DNA of 63,926 bases, filler included, from Intoshia linei (lineage: Eukaryota > Animalia > Orthonectida), in the NCBI GenBank assembly GCA_001642005.1. It is 7 parts of 7 records of this genome, joined end to end, with 100 filler letters (N's around TTAATTAATTAA, not from the genome) between each part and the next. Parts side by side here need not be neighbours in the genome. Positions count along the whole stretch, not along the records: positions 1 to 27,782 come from LWCA01000438.1; positions 27,883 to 29,729 come from LWCA01002463.1; positions 29,830 to 36,464 come from LWCA01001653.1; positions 36,565 to 53,555 come from LWCA01000824.1; 3 more parts are not named here. One strand, 5' to 3'. Position 1 is the first letter of the stretch, and every line of letters begins with the position of its first letter. Shown piece by piece: positions 25,201 through 38,125 of this stretch. The notes under the pieces were generated by a model. That model was given only the letters and a program-made list of their open reading frames with translations, searched no databases and had not been told where the DNA came from. The translations under genes and the position numbers were made by a program.

Positions 25201-27430
25201 CGACCAGATCGATATATTCTGCCAAATCGTTTATTTCTCCTTGGACATTAAAACTGACAGATCTTCTTCTGACATTTGGAACAACATTTTGTAAATCTTT
25301 AATTTTTTCTTCAATAAACATAAAATGGTCTTCTATTGGTGGTGAACAAATCAATCGGAATATCATTACAGACCCAGGTAAAAAATTATTTAAAACTAGC
25401 TTGTTGTACGCGCTATGCTTATAATCATAAAAACGCGACTTTCCATAACTTGGTATATCCTTAAAATACAAATTGCTATCTAAAATTCCTGTAATGAACT
25501 CATTATCACGTACAAAGCCATCAGAATCTTTCGCATAGTCAATTGAACCTTCAAATAAAATTTCGTGAAAAACATCAGTTTCGTGAATATCGTAAACATA
25601 ATGACATTTCTTTTTTAATTTTTCGTAATTATTATTAACCTTTAAAATTTCAGATTGACTACAACCTTTTATATTTTTTAAACTTTTTTTATTGTCAGAA
25701 AAATCCATGTGAGCTAATAATACGAGAGAAGAATGCCGAGTTGTATCATATCTACAATGATATTACAATTAAATTGAACTGTGTTACCTTTTTATTGATA
25801 TGATATTTTCAGAAAATTCATCAGTGTAAATTTCATTATAAAATGTTTCCTTTCTAGAAATATCCATGTGAAAATCGTTAAAAATTTTTCTCAGTTTGAT
25901 CAAGTCCAGAACTTGGTCGGAAAGGTAATAACAATCCTGGTACATATTTTTTTCCGTTACAACATCGATATGATATGGAACTAGCTCATCGAACCCTCTG
26001 TTGCTGCAAATTGAGTTGTTTACCATAGATACTACAGCCATCATGGGTAGAAATTGTCTCAAGTTATATTTCTAAAAAGAATAAATGTAAACGTATAACA
26101 AGATATAAACATCTATTATGGGTTGATTGTCATGTGTTTGATCTGCTAATAAAGCACGAGCCTTGGATTCTCTAGCTAAACAGATTCGCTGTTCCATAAA
26201 AGATCCCATGGGTTTTCCACCATAATTATAAATATTAGTGCACATTTGCTGAACATTGATGGCATGGATTGATTCTAAATATAAAGTACTAGTTACTCAA
26301 ATTAAACGTATACAAAATAAATAAAATAAAATATGAATACTAAAATGCTTTTTTGCCCGTGAAGTCGTCACTTATTCGGATTGAAATTTTCTGTGTGTGT
26401 TAACAGGATACAACTGTACAACCTGTAAATTTTTTGAAATTCTAGGGCTGTTTTTATTAAAAAAAGAAGTGTAGTTTGTGGTTTTGGCCCTGAAGATACT
26501 ATTTTTTTAAATTCTCCAACTTTTTTGATTTTCGAAAAGAGGGACAATTGGGGTTTTTTCCCGTAAGGTTGAAATTATGTTTGTGAACACCCCCGGAAAA
26601 AAACTGTAATTGAAATGTGGACTTTATTAAATTTTAAGACGGGTAGTTATTTAAATAAAGCTGAACACACACAAACAAAAATCGCGCAGCATATTATATA
26701 AGTTAGGATTTACTATATATAAAATACCTCTTATTAGCGCGTGAATTCCGAGTTTATTTATAAATATATTGTCCATTTTTTCGTTATTTGTGAATAATTC
26801 TGCAACAACATACAAATTTGGATTCACCTTACGAGCTTCCCTCAACAAGTACTCGCAAACGTGTATTGGAGTGCTGTGGCAATTGTCCAATCGAATACCG
26901 TCGAAAACACTGGCAATGTTTTGAATATACTCCGTCATTCGATCATAAAGATAAGGAACATCTGCTGGACCGGTTCCATAATTCAACTTCACATTGTCAC
27001 CCCACGGTATAAGTTCTCTTCTTAAATATACCCATGAATTTGGCCCTGCAAAATTCCGCATAGGGTCGTCATTCATAACCCAGCCGTTGTTTGCCATTAT
27101 TTGCTCTCCATGTGATTTCATATATGTTTCCTCGTCCTTTAAACATGACACTATTCCATTATCTTTAAAATAACTCCATTGAAATGGTGTATCTTTCGTA
27201 ACACTTTTATAGCGAGGTCCATTTTCATCAATGAATCTCCACTTTATATTAGCCAATACATTTTTGATAGCTTCCAGTAAATGAATCTTTATTTGTTCAA
27301 ATTGCTTTGAATTTATGTCCCATATCAGATTTTTCAATGTGGTATTTACAAATATTTTTAGTTCTTTAAGATTTGTTTGTCTAAATCAAGTACATAAATT
27401 TTATTTTATTCATTTTATATATCAATACCT
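22284..27430 (-). CDS. AGL: Glycogen debranching enzyme (amylo-alpha-1,6-glucosidase / 4-alpha-glucanotransferase), multi-exon, 5' end missing toward the gap
   Basis: Motifs [87 protein letters not shown] and SCSSQLWS. Stop TAG at 22286-22284. Confidence 0.96.
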
Positions 27431-27782
27431 CTTGAAGTATTAATACTACAAAAAGACGTTAACACAAAAAAAAAAGCACCCATGTAATTATCTGTAATTT
27501 TAGTTTTATAAAGCAAAAGAGTAAAGAGAAAAACAATAATGTTCAAAATCGACCGTAATTTAAAAATATTACTACCATGCGTCATCTTTCTCCGACACGA
27601 AAATAATTATAATAAATTTTTAAACGCCGACATTTAGAAACCACTGCTTTAACTGATGTTTAATTTTATAATTATTACAATTGATGTGTACAGTGTACAA
27701 TAAAATTGTAGTTAGTGGTCCCCAAAATCAAATAAATCCCCATTATGTACCCCAAAACCCAATTTACACTGTAAAAAGATTA

Positions 27783-27882
27783 NNNNNNNNNNNNNNNNNN
27801 NNNNNNNNNNNNNNNNNNNNNNNNNNTTAATTAATTAANNNNNNNNNNNNNNNNNNNNNNNNNNNNNNNNNNNNNNNNNNNN
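27783..27882. other. Assembly gap with synthetic six-frame-stop linker TTAATTAATTAA (also 29730-29829, 36465-36564, 53556-53655, 58464-58563, 61320-61419)
   Basis: All six gaps are exactly 100 nt with the same central 12-mer. Confidence 0.95.
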
Positions 27883-29729
27883 TATAGTTAAATTTTATAT
27901 TAATATTGTGTCACATGTTAATTAAATAATATTTTATATTTTTTACATTGTATTACAATGTAATATTACTTATAAATTAATGAAATTCACATCGTAAATA
28001 ATTTATGTGTTATATTATATGTATAATAGTTAAATTATATATTAAATGTGTGTTATATATTATATAAATAATTATGTATAAATCTTACGTTCTATTTAAA
28101 TGTAACATTACTTATAATGTGATAAAATTTACATCATAAATAATTTATGTGTCATATTATTATATGTATTATATTTAAATTTTATATCAAATTTGTGTGA
28201 CATTATTTAAATAAAATTTTATATATATTACCTGCGATTAAAATGTAATATGACATATAATTTAATAAAATTTAAATGGTAAATGATTTATGTGTTATAT
28301 TATAATATGTATTATAATTAAATTTTATATCAAATTTGTGTCACATTATTTCAATAATATTTTATATGAGTTACGTTCTATTAAACAGTAATATTATTTT
28401 TAATTTAATGAAATTTAAATGGTAAATAATTTATGTGTTATATTATAATATGTATTATAGTTAAATTTTATATTAATTTTGTGTAACATTATTTAAATAA
28501 TTTTTTATATTTCTTACGTTCTAATACAATGTAATATTACTTATAATTTAATTAAATTAACATCGTAAAGTATTTATGTGTCATATTATAATATGTATTA
28601 TAGTTAAATTGTATATCAATTTCGTGTCACATTATTTAAATAATTTTTAATATTTTTTACCTACTATATAATGTAATATGATTTGTAATTTAATGTACTT
28701 TAAAGAGTAAAATATTTGCTATATTATAATATGTAATATAATTAAGTTTATTTTAAGTTTTAAATTTTATTTTATGTTATATATTTCATAAATAATTTTG
28801 TATAATTCTTACGTTCTAATAAAATGTAATATTACTTATAATTTGATAAAATTCCATCGTAAATAATTTATGTGTTATATTATAATATGTATTATAGTTA
28901 TATTTATTTTAAGTCGTATATTTTATATTAAATGTGTATAACATAATTTAAATAATTTTTTATATTTTTTACTTTCTATTGAAATGTAATATAACTTATA
29001 ATTTGATGATATTTAAATAGTAAATGATTTGTGTTATATTATGATAGGTATTATAATTAAATATATTTTAAGTTTTAAATTGTATATTAAATGTGTGTCA
29101 CATATTATTTATTTTTTATTGAACATTCATATTACTTATAATTTGATAAAATTTAAATTGTAAATGATTTGTCACATATTATTTAAATAATTTTGTATAC
29201 TTTTTACGTTCTATTAAAATGTAATATTACTTATAATTTGATAAAATTTACATCGTAAATAATTCATGTGTCATATTATAACATGTATTATAGTTAAATT
29301 TTTTATCATTTTTGTGTTACATTATTTTAAGACTTAAATTTAACATCAAATGTGTCACATATTGAAATAATTTTGTATAATTTTTACGTGTTATTAAAAT
29401 GTAATATTACTTATAATTTGATGAAATTTACATCGTAAATAATTTATGTGTCATATTATAATATGTATTATAGTTAAATTTTATATCGTTTTCGTGTCAC
29501 ATTATTTAAATAATGTTTTATGTTTTTTACTTACTATAAAAATGTAATTTTACTTGTAATTTAATAATGTTTTTATCGTAAATAATTGATTATATTATGA
29601 TATGTATTATAATTAAATTTATTTTTAGTCTTAACTTTTACATCAAATGTGTCACATATTATTTATATAATTGTGTATATTTTTTACGTTTTATTAAAAT
29701 GTAATATTACTTATAATTTGATGAAATTT
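27883..29729. repeat. Extremely AT-rich tandem satellite, unit ~143 bp, about 12-13 diverged copies
   Basis: The anchor AATGTAATATTACTTATAATTT recurs near 27957, 28098, 28242, 28385, 28528, 28670, 28822, 28983, 29218, 29398, 29541 and 29698. The array fills a whole contig between two gaps. Confidence 0.9.
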
Positions 29730-30030
29730 NNNNNNNNNNNNNNNNNNNNNNNNNNNNNNNNNNNNNNNNNNNNTTAATTAATTAANNNNNNNNNNNNNNN
29801 NNNNNNNNNNNNNNNNNNNNNNNNNNNNNTATTGTTAAAATGATAAATGTATGGTATGTAAAATGAATACTGTATTTTAAAGATTATGTAAACATAGTAA
29901 TGCTATGATTTTAAGTTTAGAAGAAAAAGTGACCACTTTTCGAGTATTTACTGTACTGTAGTCGATTTTAGTTTTCAGTTAAGTCTACATAAATTTTATT
30001 TTTTTTATTGCTATTGTTCATTCAAACTAT

Positions 30031-32345
30031 AATTACCAAGTCTGTCATGGATAAATATATGAAAAAGCCAGCAGTCATTGCCATAATAATATCTTTAGTG
30101 TCTGGTGAGGTTGGTATTGTGAAACTAATAATAACTCCAATTACAGATGTAGTTACAGACATCATGTGTAGTCCAATTGCGCACAGCCAAGGTTTGTTTC
30201 TTTTTATGTTTTCTATCATTATTGCATATTGTCCTATTTTAAAATGTATTTTTGAAAATATTAAATTAGGTTTACCCAGTTCGTGTGGAATTTCGTGACA
30301 CAACATTGATAACGATATAGATATTCCGAAATATGTATTTCTTCGATATGCAATTCTGTAAATTAAATATTTAAATCATTACATTTATGAAATTTTATAT
30401 TATCGAAAATTACCCTATTGCCATTCCGTCTATTAAATTACTAAATGCATCACCAATTTGTATTGTCCAAACCATTGGATGAATCCCAAAACGGTAATTC
30501 ACGGTTCCGTCAGATACGTTTTCGGACTTAACTTTTTGTATAGATGATGTTTCATCTAATGGGTCGTATTTGCTCTAAATTTTACATTATTATAAAAATT
30601 TATATTTGTATACATTTACTTGAGGTTTCGCTTTGATAAGACTGTGCAAAAATTGTTCAATTTGAAACATGACGTAAACACCTAAATAAATATATTTTTA
30701 TAATAATTAAAATTTTAAAAGTTTTTTTCTGAAGACATCAATAAATAGACGAAATTTATTTTTTTATCAAATTTTTATAGTTTCAATGAACATGTCTCAT
30801 TTATTTTGTGAAAATTGCAAGAAGTGGACAAGTCGAATGAATATTATGACAGAATATTCATTTTTTACATGTTAATGTAAATAAGAATGTATCCACAAAA
30901 AACAAGGTATGCAAAGATCTCGGTATTGGGTAAACTTGACAGCACAACTAAAATAAAAAATGAACCATGTTTCTGACTCATTTAAGCAATGTTCTAAAAT
31001 AAACTGAGAATAGTAGCCAGCAAATTAATACGAAACATTTTTTATACACCTGTCATGTTCCATAGATTTAGTAATTCTTAAAAGAACTGTAATTTATTAA
31101 GTAATTTCCATTTGATGGATTGCAAAGTAAAACGCACCTATTAAAATCATTAATCCAATAATTTGAAATGGGAGAGTTTTTTCATCGTTATTTGCATTAG
31201 AAAAAAGCTATAAATAAATGAACGTTTTAAAATATAATGGTCCACTTGGACCTGTTTCCCTTTACTTTTATAATTCCATATGTAAAATTACATCAGGTAT
31301 CAAATGCAAAGTAACGTCTCCCATTAAAACACCAATCGCTAGAGCCATGAAAAATCCAACAATTTTGGAAAAAATTGGTTTATCTTTGAAAATAACCAAT
31401 AATGCACCAGGAATTGTAATTAAACCAATTACCATCACCGAAATAAAACTGTAAAGCCAAGCTACATAGATGGATTAATCATTTATAATTATTAAAAATA
31501 TTACCCAAGCTACTTTCCTCGGATTTTTTATTTGCTTTATCGCTGACTATTTGCAATTGTTCCAACTCTTTACTATAATAATCGAATAATCTATCCTCAT
31601 TAGTTTTCAGGGCAACATTTGTTACATTTAATGTGTCATTTAACTGTTGTATTTTATCCTCATCCTCGCTTTCGATTTTTTGCTTTTATATTAAAATTAT
31701 CTTTTTTTAAAATGATATTTTATATTTATTTAAGATTTATTAATTCATTAATAATTTATATAAAAGATATCATCAATCATGATTATTCATCATAAAATTG
31801 TCAATAATATTTTTGTTTATATATTGTCGAGATGTATCAATATATATTAAACAGTGCCTATCGGTCGAAATGGAGTAAAGTAGTTAAATGTGCAATAAAA
31901 ATACAGGAACATCGAAAAAGTTAAATAAATTATTATTTATTTACTTATAGCGTCATAGTATTTTATATTTATACATATAGGCCATAATTATAATAATTAT
32001 ATCTTGTCAAAATTTTTTTATTATTCGGGCCCATAGCTCAAAATATAGATTTATATACATGTTTAAATCATGTTTTTATGTCCACTTACCAAATTGTTGA
32101 TTCTACATAAAAATTAAAAATGTAAACTAAAAATTAAACCGTGTTGTATTTAAAACGTGTAGCAATCTAAACGGTAAGATTAAAATGATGATTCAAAGTA
32201 CGCACATTTTAATATCATGAATGCTTAATTTTTCGGCTGATTTTTCTATATCTTTGGACTACAATCAAGTTAATATATCTAAATTTGTGCTTACCAAAGC
32301 ATTTCCAATAAATAAGAGTACAATAATATTTTTAACGTTTATCAT
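30031..32345 (-). CDS. ZIP / SLC39A (LIV-1 subfamily) metal transporter, multi-exon; last exon not resolved
   Basis: Signal peptide exon MINVKNIIVLLFIGNAL (32345-32295), TM2 IGVLMGDVTLHLIPD, TM4 IGDAFSNLIDGMAIG, TM5 LCHEIPHELG, TM7 AMTAGFFIYLSMTDL. Confidence 0.88.
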
Positions 32346-33559
32346 AGAAATTTAATATATACTTAATCCAAAGTGCATTATCAAAATTATTATAAAAATG
32401 AACCTTAATACTATAAATGTGTATATATTGTTTCTGTAAACATTTCAATTCAAATAAAAATACATTAATGTATCTATAAAACAAATAAACGTGACCTCCA
32501 TCCAAAATACAATTTAAATGATGAAAATTTAAATATTTATAATATAAATTCAACTGATATACACATTTTATGAATATTCTATAAACCACCCGTTATTTTA
32601 ATAAATTTTTACTATACATCAATTTGAAAAAATTTCCTTAATATATCGGTGTCCATAGTTTCGGTCAGTTTATCATTTTTTTCGAAAATGTAGTTGTATA
32701 ATTTATATTGTTCCTGGTGTAGATGTCAGAGTCGTTTTTCTTGCCGGGTCATATACATTCCAGAATCCGCATAATTTTCACCCCTGAGAATTCTTGATTC
32801 ATATAATTGATTAAAATCTAAAAATAATTAATTTTCAAACAATAATATATTATTATAAATATAAAAATATTTTTACGTACAATTTTTTGACACTCCACAA
32901 TCAAATTTATGAATACATATTTATTAAGAATATTAATTAAAATTAATATTCCGCATCCTTGACTTGCTAAACATATATAATATATATGTAAAATACATGT
33001 ATATAACTTGTATATATGTTGCATAGAATGTGTACAACTGTGAAATGTACACATTCCACGGGCAAGTCGTAGAATGTATTTGACTAAGAATGTGTCTTAG
33101 ACGCCAATTCAAAGTTAGATACATAATTGATGCTTTGCTAACAACGAATTTACCAATTTAGTTAAATTAACAAGCTTATGTATATTTTTAAATTGATTTG
33201 TATTAGTAAAACTTTCATTTAATTAATATCAAACCATTTAATTACGATTTTTTTTGAACCAAATTTTCAAGATGGGTTTTTAAGATTTTTAGAAAACAAA
33301 ATAATTTATTAATTATGTATTACCGTAAATAATTAAAATTAATTTAAATTAAGTCGCAGAATTAAAAAAAACCCATTTTCTAATAGAGTTTTTCGATGGG
33401 ATATTGATTAGTGTGGTTTTGTATTTACCAGGTAACTAACTTTCTCAACTCTATCTGATATTTTTACTGCATTTGTAAAAATTTCTTGTTGCTTTTTGAA
33501 AGATTTACAAAATATATTCATAGTTTTCGTGATAAATTAACGTGTTTTGTGTATATATC

Positions 33560-34960
33560 ACGTTATAATTTGTTAGGTAACATACATTCATTAGCAAGAA
33601 TGCCTCCACACTACCTTTCAAATACTCATCGTACTTTTAGATCGACCAAAAAAGAAATGACAAAAGCGTCCCCCTCGTCTATATTATTTGGAAAAGAACT
33701 ATTCTCAGATATCATTCCTTCAAACAAGTCATTAAAGATTTAGACGAAGTCAGAAAAAACGCTCAAATCACAGCGAAATCGAATTGGATCCCATATGCAG
33801 CTTGTATGAAACAAAATTACGACAAGACAGTTCCTAAAACTCAATCTTTCCACACTCAAAACTATACAAAAAATCAACTCAGAACCTCAAAATTATAAAA
33901 ATCCGTATATACATGCAAACCTTACTCAAAATTACTCTCCAGAATGATATCACTACTACGATACATCTTCGGTCATAAAATCTTAAAGATCCAATAAGCA
34001 GCCACACTCAAAATCATGCTAATCGTTCCGCTCACATCACTCAAAATAACTCTCAAGAATCAATGCGTTATCAATCTAGTTTCGAAAAAAAATCACAAAG
34101 ATCATATCACACTCACCAAAACTATGAGGACTTAAGAATCGACCTCATTGAAAATAATCCTCATCCTCTAGAACTTAATTCATACAGAAGCTCGAGACCT
34201 CAACAGAACTGAAAAGCTCCAAGTCGATCTAAAGACTATATTAGGTATTAATTATTTGTCTCATTTTTCATAAACTCGTTACTCAAAAAATAATTAATAC
34301 AAATTAGCTGTATAATAGAGTCGTATCTTTGCTGTATAATTTACGCTACACTCTCAGTATGTTTTCTCAAGATACTCCTGGGTCTCGCTAATCTCATTGG
34401 TTACTCAAAAATTTCATCTCATTTCTCAACGTCAATAAAGATCATTCACAGCTTCATTTCATTGGTTATTAAAAATTTTGAATTTGAAGAAAACTTTAAA
34501 AAAAAAAACCTATCATCTATCACACGACGTGTTTTGATTCAAAACTTTTGAAAAGTTTATCAAAATTTTTTCAAAATTTCTCAGAATGCTAGAAGAAATG
34601 GAGCAGGAAACTCAATAACATCAACAAACTCAAAGCTCACGTGCTTCAATTGTAGCGAATTTGGACACATATCACCTCAATGCACCAGGCAACTTAATTT
34701 CAAAAACTGGCTCATCATCTCACAATCATAGGAATGCCCTCAAACTCTTTTTATCCTCCAATTACCTATATCAGTCTCCTCTTACCTCACTCATTCTCAG
34801 CTTTCGTCCCCGCTCATTCTTGGGGGGGGGAGGTGTTGTGCGGTTATAAGACTTACAATATCAAGCTCAAAGTTTATTAAAACTTGTTTAAAAATTTGTA
34901 AATTAAATCCTATTTAACAAATCCTGGAAAATAAGGCTTAAAAAACCTTCAAAGGGCTTA
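33560..34960 (+). mobile_element. Gypsy-type retrotransposon 3' remnant (integrase tail, PPT, LTR start)
   Basis: Contains TKASPSSILFGKEL, MKQNYDK and KAPSRSKDY. Purine tract GGGGGGGGGAGG at ~34822-34833 is followed by TGTTG. LTR end is uncertain. Confidence 0.65.
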
Positions 34961-34983
34961 ACAATATTGAAATTGAATGATAA

Positions 34984-35560
34984 TTATGATAGGCAAATTG
35001 TGCATGAACAAGTTTTGTTCAGCGAAGATCGAATATTTCGTTTAGAATTAATGGTGAGTTTAGTATGATCAAAAATTTCAATTTTTCTACTGAAAATACC
35101 ATTTCCATATTCATGGACAATTATCTGGCAGTTGCTGCATATCACATTAGGTAAACGATCATCATTTTTATCAATACCTTGATCAAAATATAGCTCAACC
35201 AGGGAACATACACAAGTAGAGATCGAACACATAACTTTTGTTTTACTAAAACACAATAAACATAACCTTTTCCTATTTTGTTCATGCATGATAATAACAA
35301 CAAAAAATAGGTAGAATATAATTTGAAACAAAACAAACTTCCAATGGAGATTAGTTACAAAAAAACAATCAAGGCTAAAATTAGTATTAGTGAACATTTT
35401 ATTGAAATTTTTAGAGAAAAATATACATTTTTAACCTTTACTTAAAAACGCTACTAAGAATTTTTTTAAAAATACTCCTGAAAGTGTGCCAAATCAGAAA
35501 ATATTGAAATTTTGGATGAGTAATTTTTTTGAACTAAATGTTAGTTCAGACAGGCTGTGG
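34984..35560 (-). mobile_element. Chapaev-like transposase N-terminal zinc-finger fragment with probable CAC terminus
   Basis: MHEQNRKRLCLLC (H-X7-C-X2-C) ... DDRLPNVICSNC ... CSCTIC. Upstream minus-strand CACAGCCTGTCTG near 35559. Confidence 0.55.
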
Positions 35561-36169
35561 TAGATCATCAATATGTATGTATTTTCATGAATTTTGCGAT
35601 TTATAAACCAATTTAATAACCACAGGACTTTTTAATGCAATGTTACTTTTTCTATTATACTTTTTATCTTTCATCTATTTATTTTTTTATTTATTTGTAT
35701 TTTATCAATTACATTTATTTAATTTACGTATATTTAAATTGATAAGGTGTATTTTACTTTTATTCTGAATATGCAAAAATGTTTAGTTTACTGCCATTTC
35801 ATTAATAAATATTGAAAACTATATTTTTTTATTATTGAGGCGACTCTAACACCTAGGTAATTATAATAAAAATGGCTATAGGGAATAATATATATTGTAA
35901 ATACAAAAATTGCTAATAAACATTAGACAACTGATTAAAAAAATTTGGCCAACCTTTAACAACTTTGGTAAAAATAACAAATTAATTAGAGGATTGCTGC
36001 ATAATTAATACGGTAAAATTTTTATAAAATATTTTAATTACAGCACGTTTTTTTACAATTTCGTTAGTATATTTTCACTGCCTTTGGCTATCTTACACGT
36101 GTGTCAATATTCAGTTTAGTCAATTAAATTTTAATTGTACTGAAAAGAAAAACAGTTGTTTTTATTGAA

Positions 36170-36460
36170 ATTTCCTTAATATACTGGAACTACACAATAG
36201 TGGGGCTAAAGTTCTTTGGTGCGTTGCAGACAATGCTAGAAATATGCAAAAAAGTCTAAGGAATGTTAATAGTGTCCATACAGATATTATAGGTATTAAA
36301 TGTGCTGCTCATATCCTAAATCTGATAATAGGTGACATTTTTACATGTATTAGTGATGCTAGAGGCACTAAAACTTGTCGATACTTTTATAGGAGATAAA
36401 TTAATGGATTGATATAATTTAACACGTTGGAATTCTAGATACGAAGCATTAGTAATATCT
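36170..36460 (+). mobile_element. hAT (Ac-like) transposase remnant
   Basis: CVADNARNMQKS...KCAAHILNLIIGDI and NTRWNSRY motifs. Confidence 0.8.
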
Positions 36461-36564
36461 ATAANNNNNNNNNNNNNNNNNNNNNNNNNNNNNNNNNNNN
36501 NNNNNNNNTTAATTAATTAANNNNNNNNNNNNNNNNNNNNNNNNNNNNNNNNNNNNNNNNNNNN

Positions 36565-36814
36565 AAATTCTTTACGCAAATATTAACAAACAAAAAATTA
36601 AGATGGAATAATTCACTTGAAAGTAAAAAGTAATGTGATATGATGGTTCCACCTGAAAAAAATTTGGGAATCACTTTTTTAAAGGATTCATAATAGTGAA
36701 TAGTAGAATTTTTAAGTTAAATTTTCAACGTGAATTTATTTTTTTGGTATAATAAAAGAGTGCCTTCAGCAGAGCTAGGTGTTGTTTGTACGTAGTACAA
36801 AACTGCCAAGCTAG
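36565..36814 (+). mobile_element. Helitron-like repeat 3' end
   Basis: Hairpin TTTGTAC-gta-GTACAAA (36785-36801) ends 9 nt upstream of CTAG|t (36811-36814). Confidence 0.75.
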
Positions 36815-38125
36815 TAAAATATAAAAAAAAGTGTAATTTGGGTTTTTTCTATGAACGACTCAATTGATGAAAATATAATTAGCTATAAAACATCACTCTC
36901 GAAAAACATTATTATAAATTGTGGTTTGTTTAAATTTAGACTTAGACTTTAAACTTAGACTTTAGACTTTAACTTAGATTTTTAATTTTATAATTAAACG
37001 GTAACACACAGATATTCAATTTTGTATACATTTTGTAAGTAAAGGATACAATAATGTAAAAAAAATTTTTTAAAAACTAAATCTTTGTAGCCTTGTTAAA
37101 TTGTAAAACTGTCACGTAATATTTTAGATACTAAATGTAGCGATACTGAAAATTAATTTTCAATCTCATAATTTTTAACATCAGCGGGACACATTAATTA
37201 TTAGTGCCTAATATATAAATTTGTATAGTTTGTTGTAGAATTGTATAAAATCTGAATTTAGTGATGACGAAATAATCAAAATAATAAAATTTCGTGTCCA
37301 TCCGTCAGGGTGAGGGTGAGGTGAGGATCCCTGCATTATGATCATAAATTAAGCAATTTTCTCTCTATAATTGAACCTAAAACCAATTTTGGTTTATAAT
37401 GTTGCATGCTTACATTAATTCTACTAGTTGTAATTTAACCTCAAATAAATATTTACTTAAATAATCGACTAATAAATTGATGGAAATAAAGACTTAAAAA
37501 GTATATATGAAAACGTTAGCTCTCGACAAAGCTAACTAAGTACTGTTTTTACGAGTCGTACTATAAAAAGACAAACTATTAGTATTAGTACTAAATTATT
37601 AGAAAAAGTTTTATTGTACATTATCTTCGATTTGATCTTCTGCATACATATAAATATCGTTCTTATAATCGCTATATGATATTTTTCCAGTTAATAGCTA
37701 AAATATTATACATTACATGGGAAATAAGAAATCTATAATAATTATAATTTATAGTCAACATTACTGTGAAACTTTATATAACTTCCCAATATCTATTCCT
37801 CTAATCAGTGGCACCCTGGGAATAACTTGATCTTAAAATCCCCGAAAAATATTGCCTCGCATACATGTGTATAAAGTTTATATATGGTAATATAACGTAT
37901 AATACATAATAATTGATACATCATGATAAATAAATAATAATAAATAATACATTAATTTAAATGAACTTAATGGGTCAAATTAAACGATTACTTTAATATC
38001 CTGGTGATACCAACATATTTTTGTTGGTAGGCTTCTTTATAATTTAAAAAATTAATTGACATTTCATTAATTTTGGATTAAATTATATAAACCATATGGG
38101 GTCCTAAATTCCAGGATATGTAATA

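Noticed and set aside
27827-27838. Palindromic TTAATTAATTAA recurring six times
   Set aside because: Always centred in exactly 100-nt N gaps, so it is a synthetic contig linker and not biology. It also means cross-gap adjacency is unproven.
27883-29729. Possible CRISPR-like repeat-spacer array
   Set aside because: The whole unit is repeated with no unique spacers, there are no cas genes, and the context is eukaryotic.
32600-32820. Minus-strand frame with a single in-frame TGA (possible selenocysteine or readthrough)
   Set aside because: No recognisable selenoprotein motif or SECIS and no supported gene model; equally explained as a terminal exon or noise.
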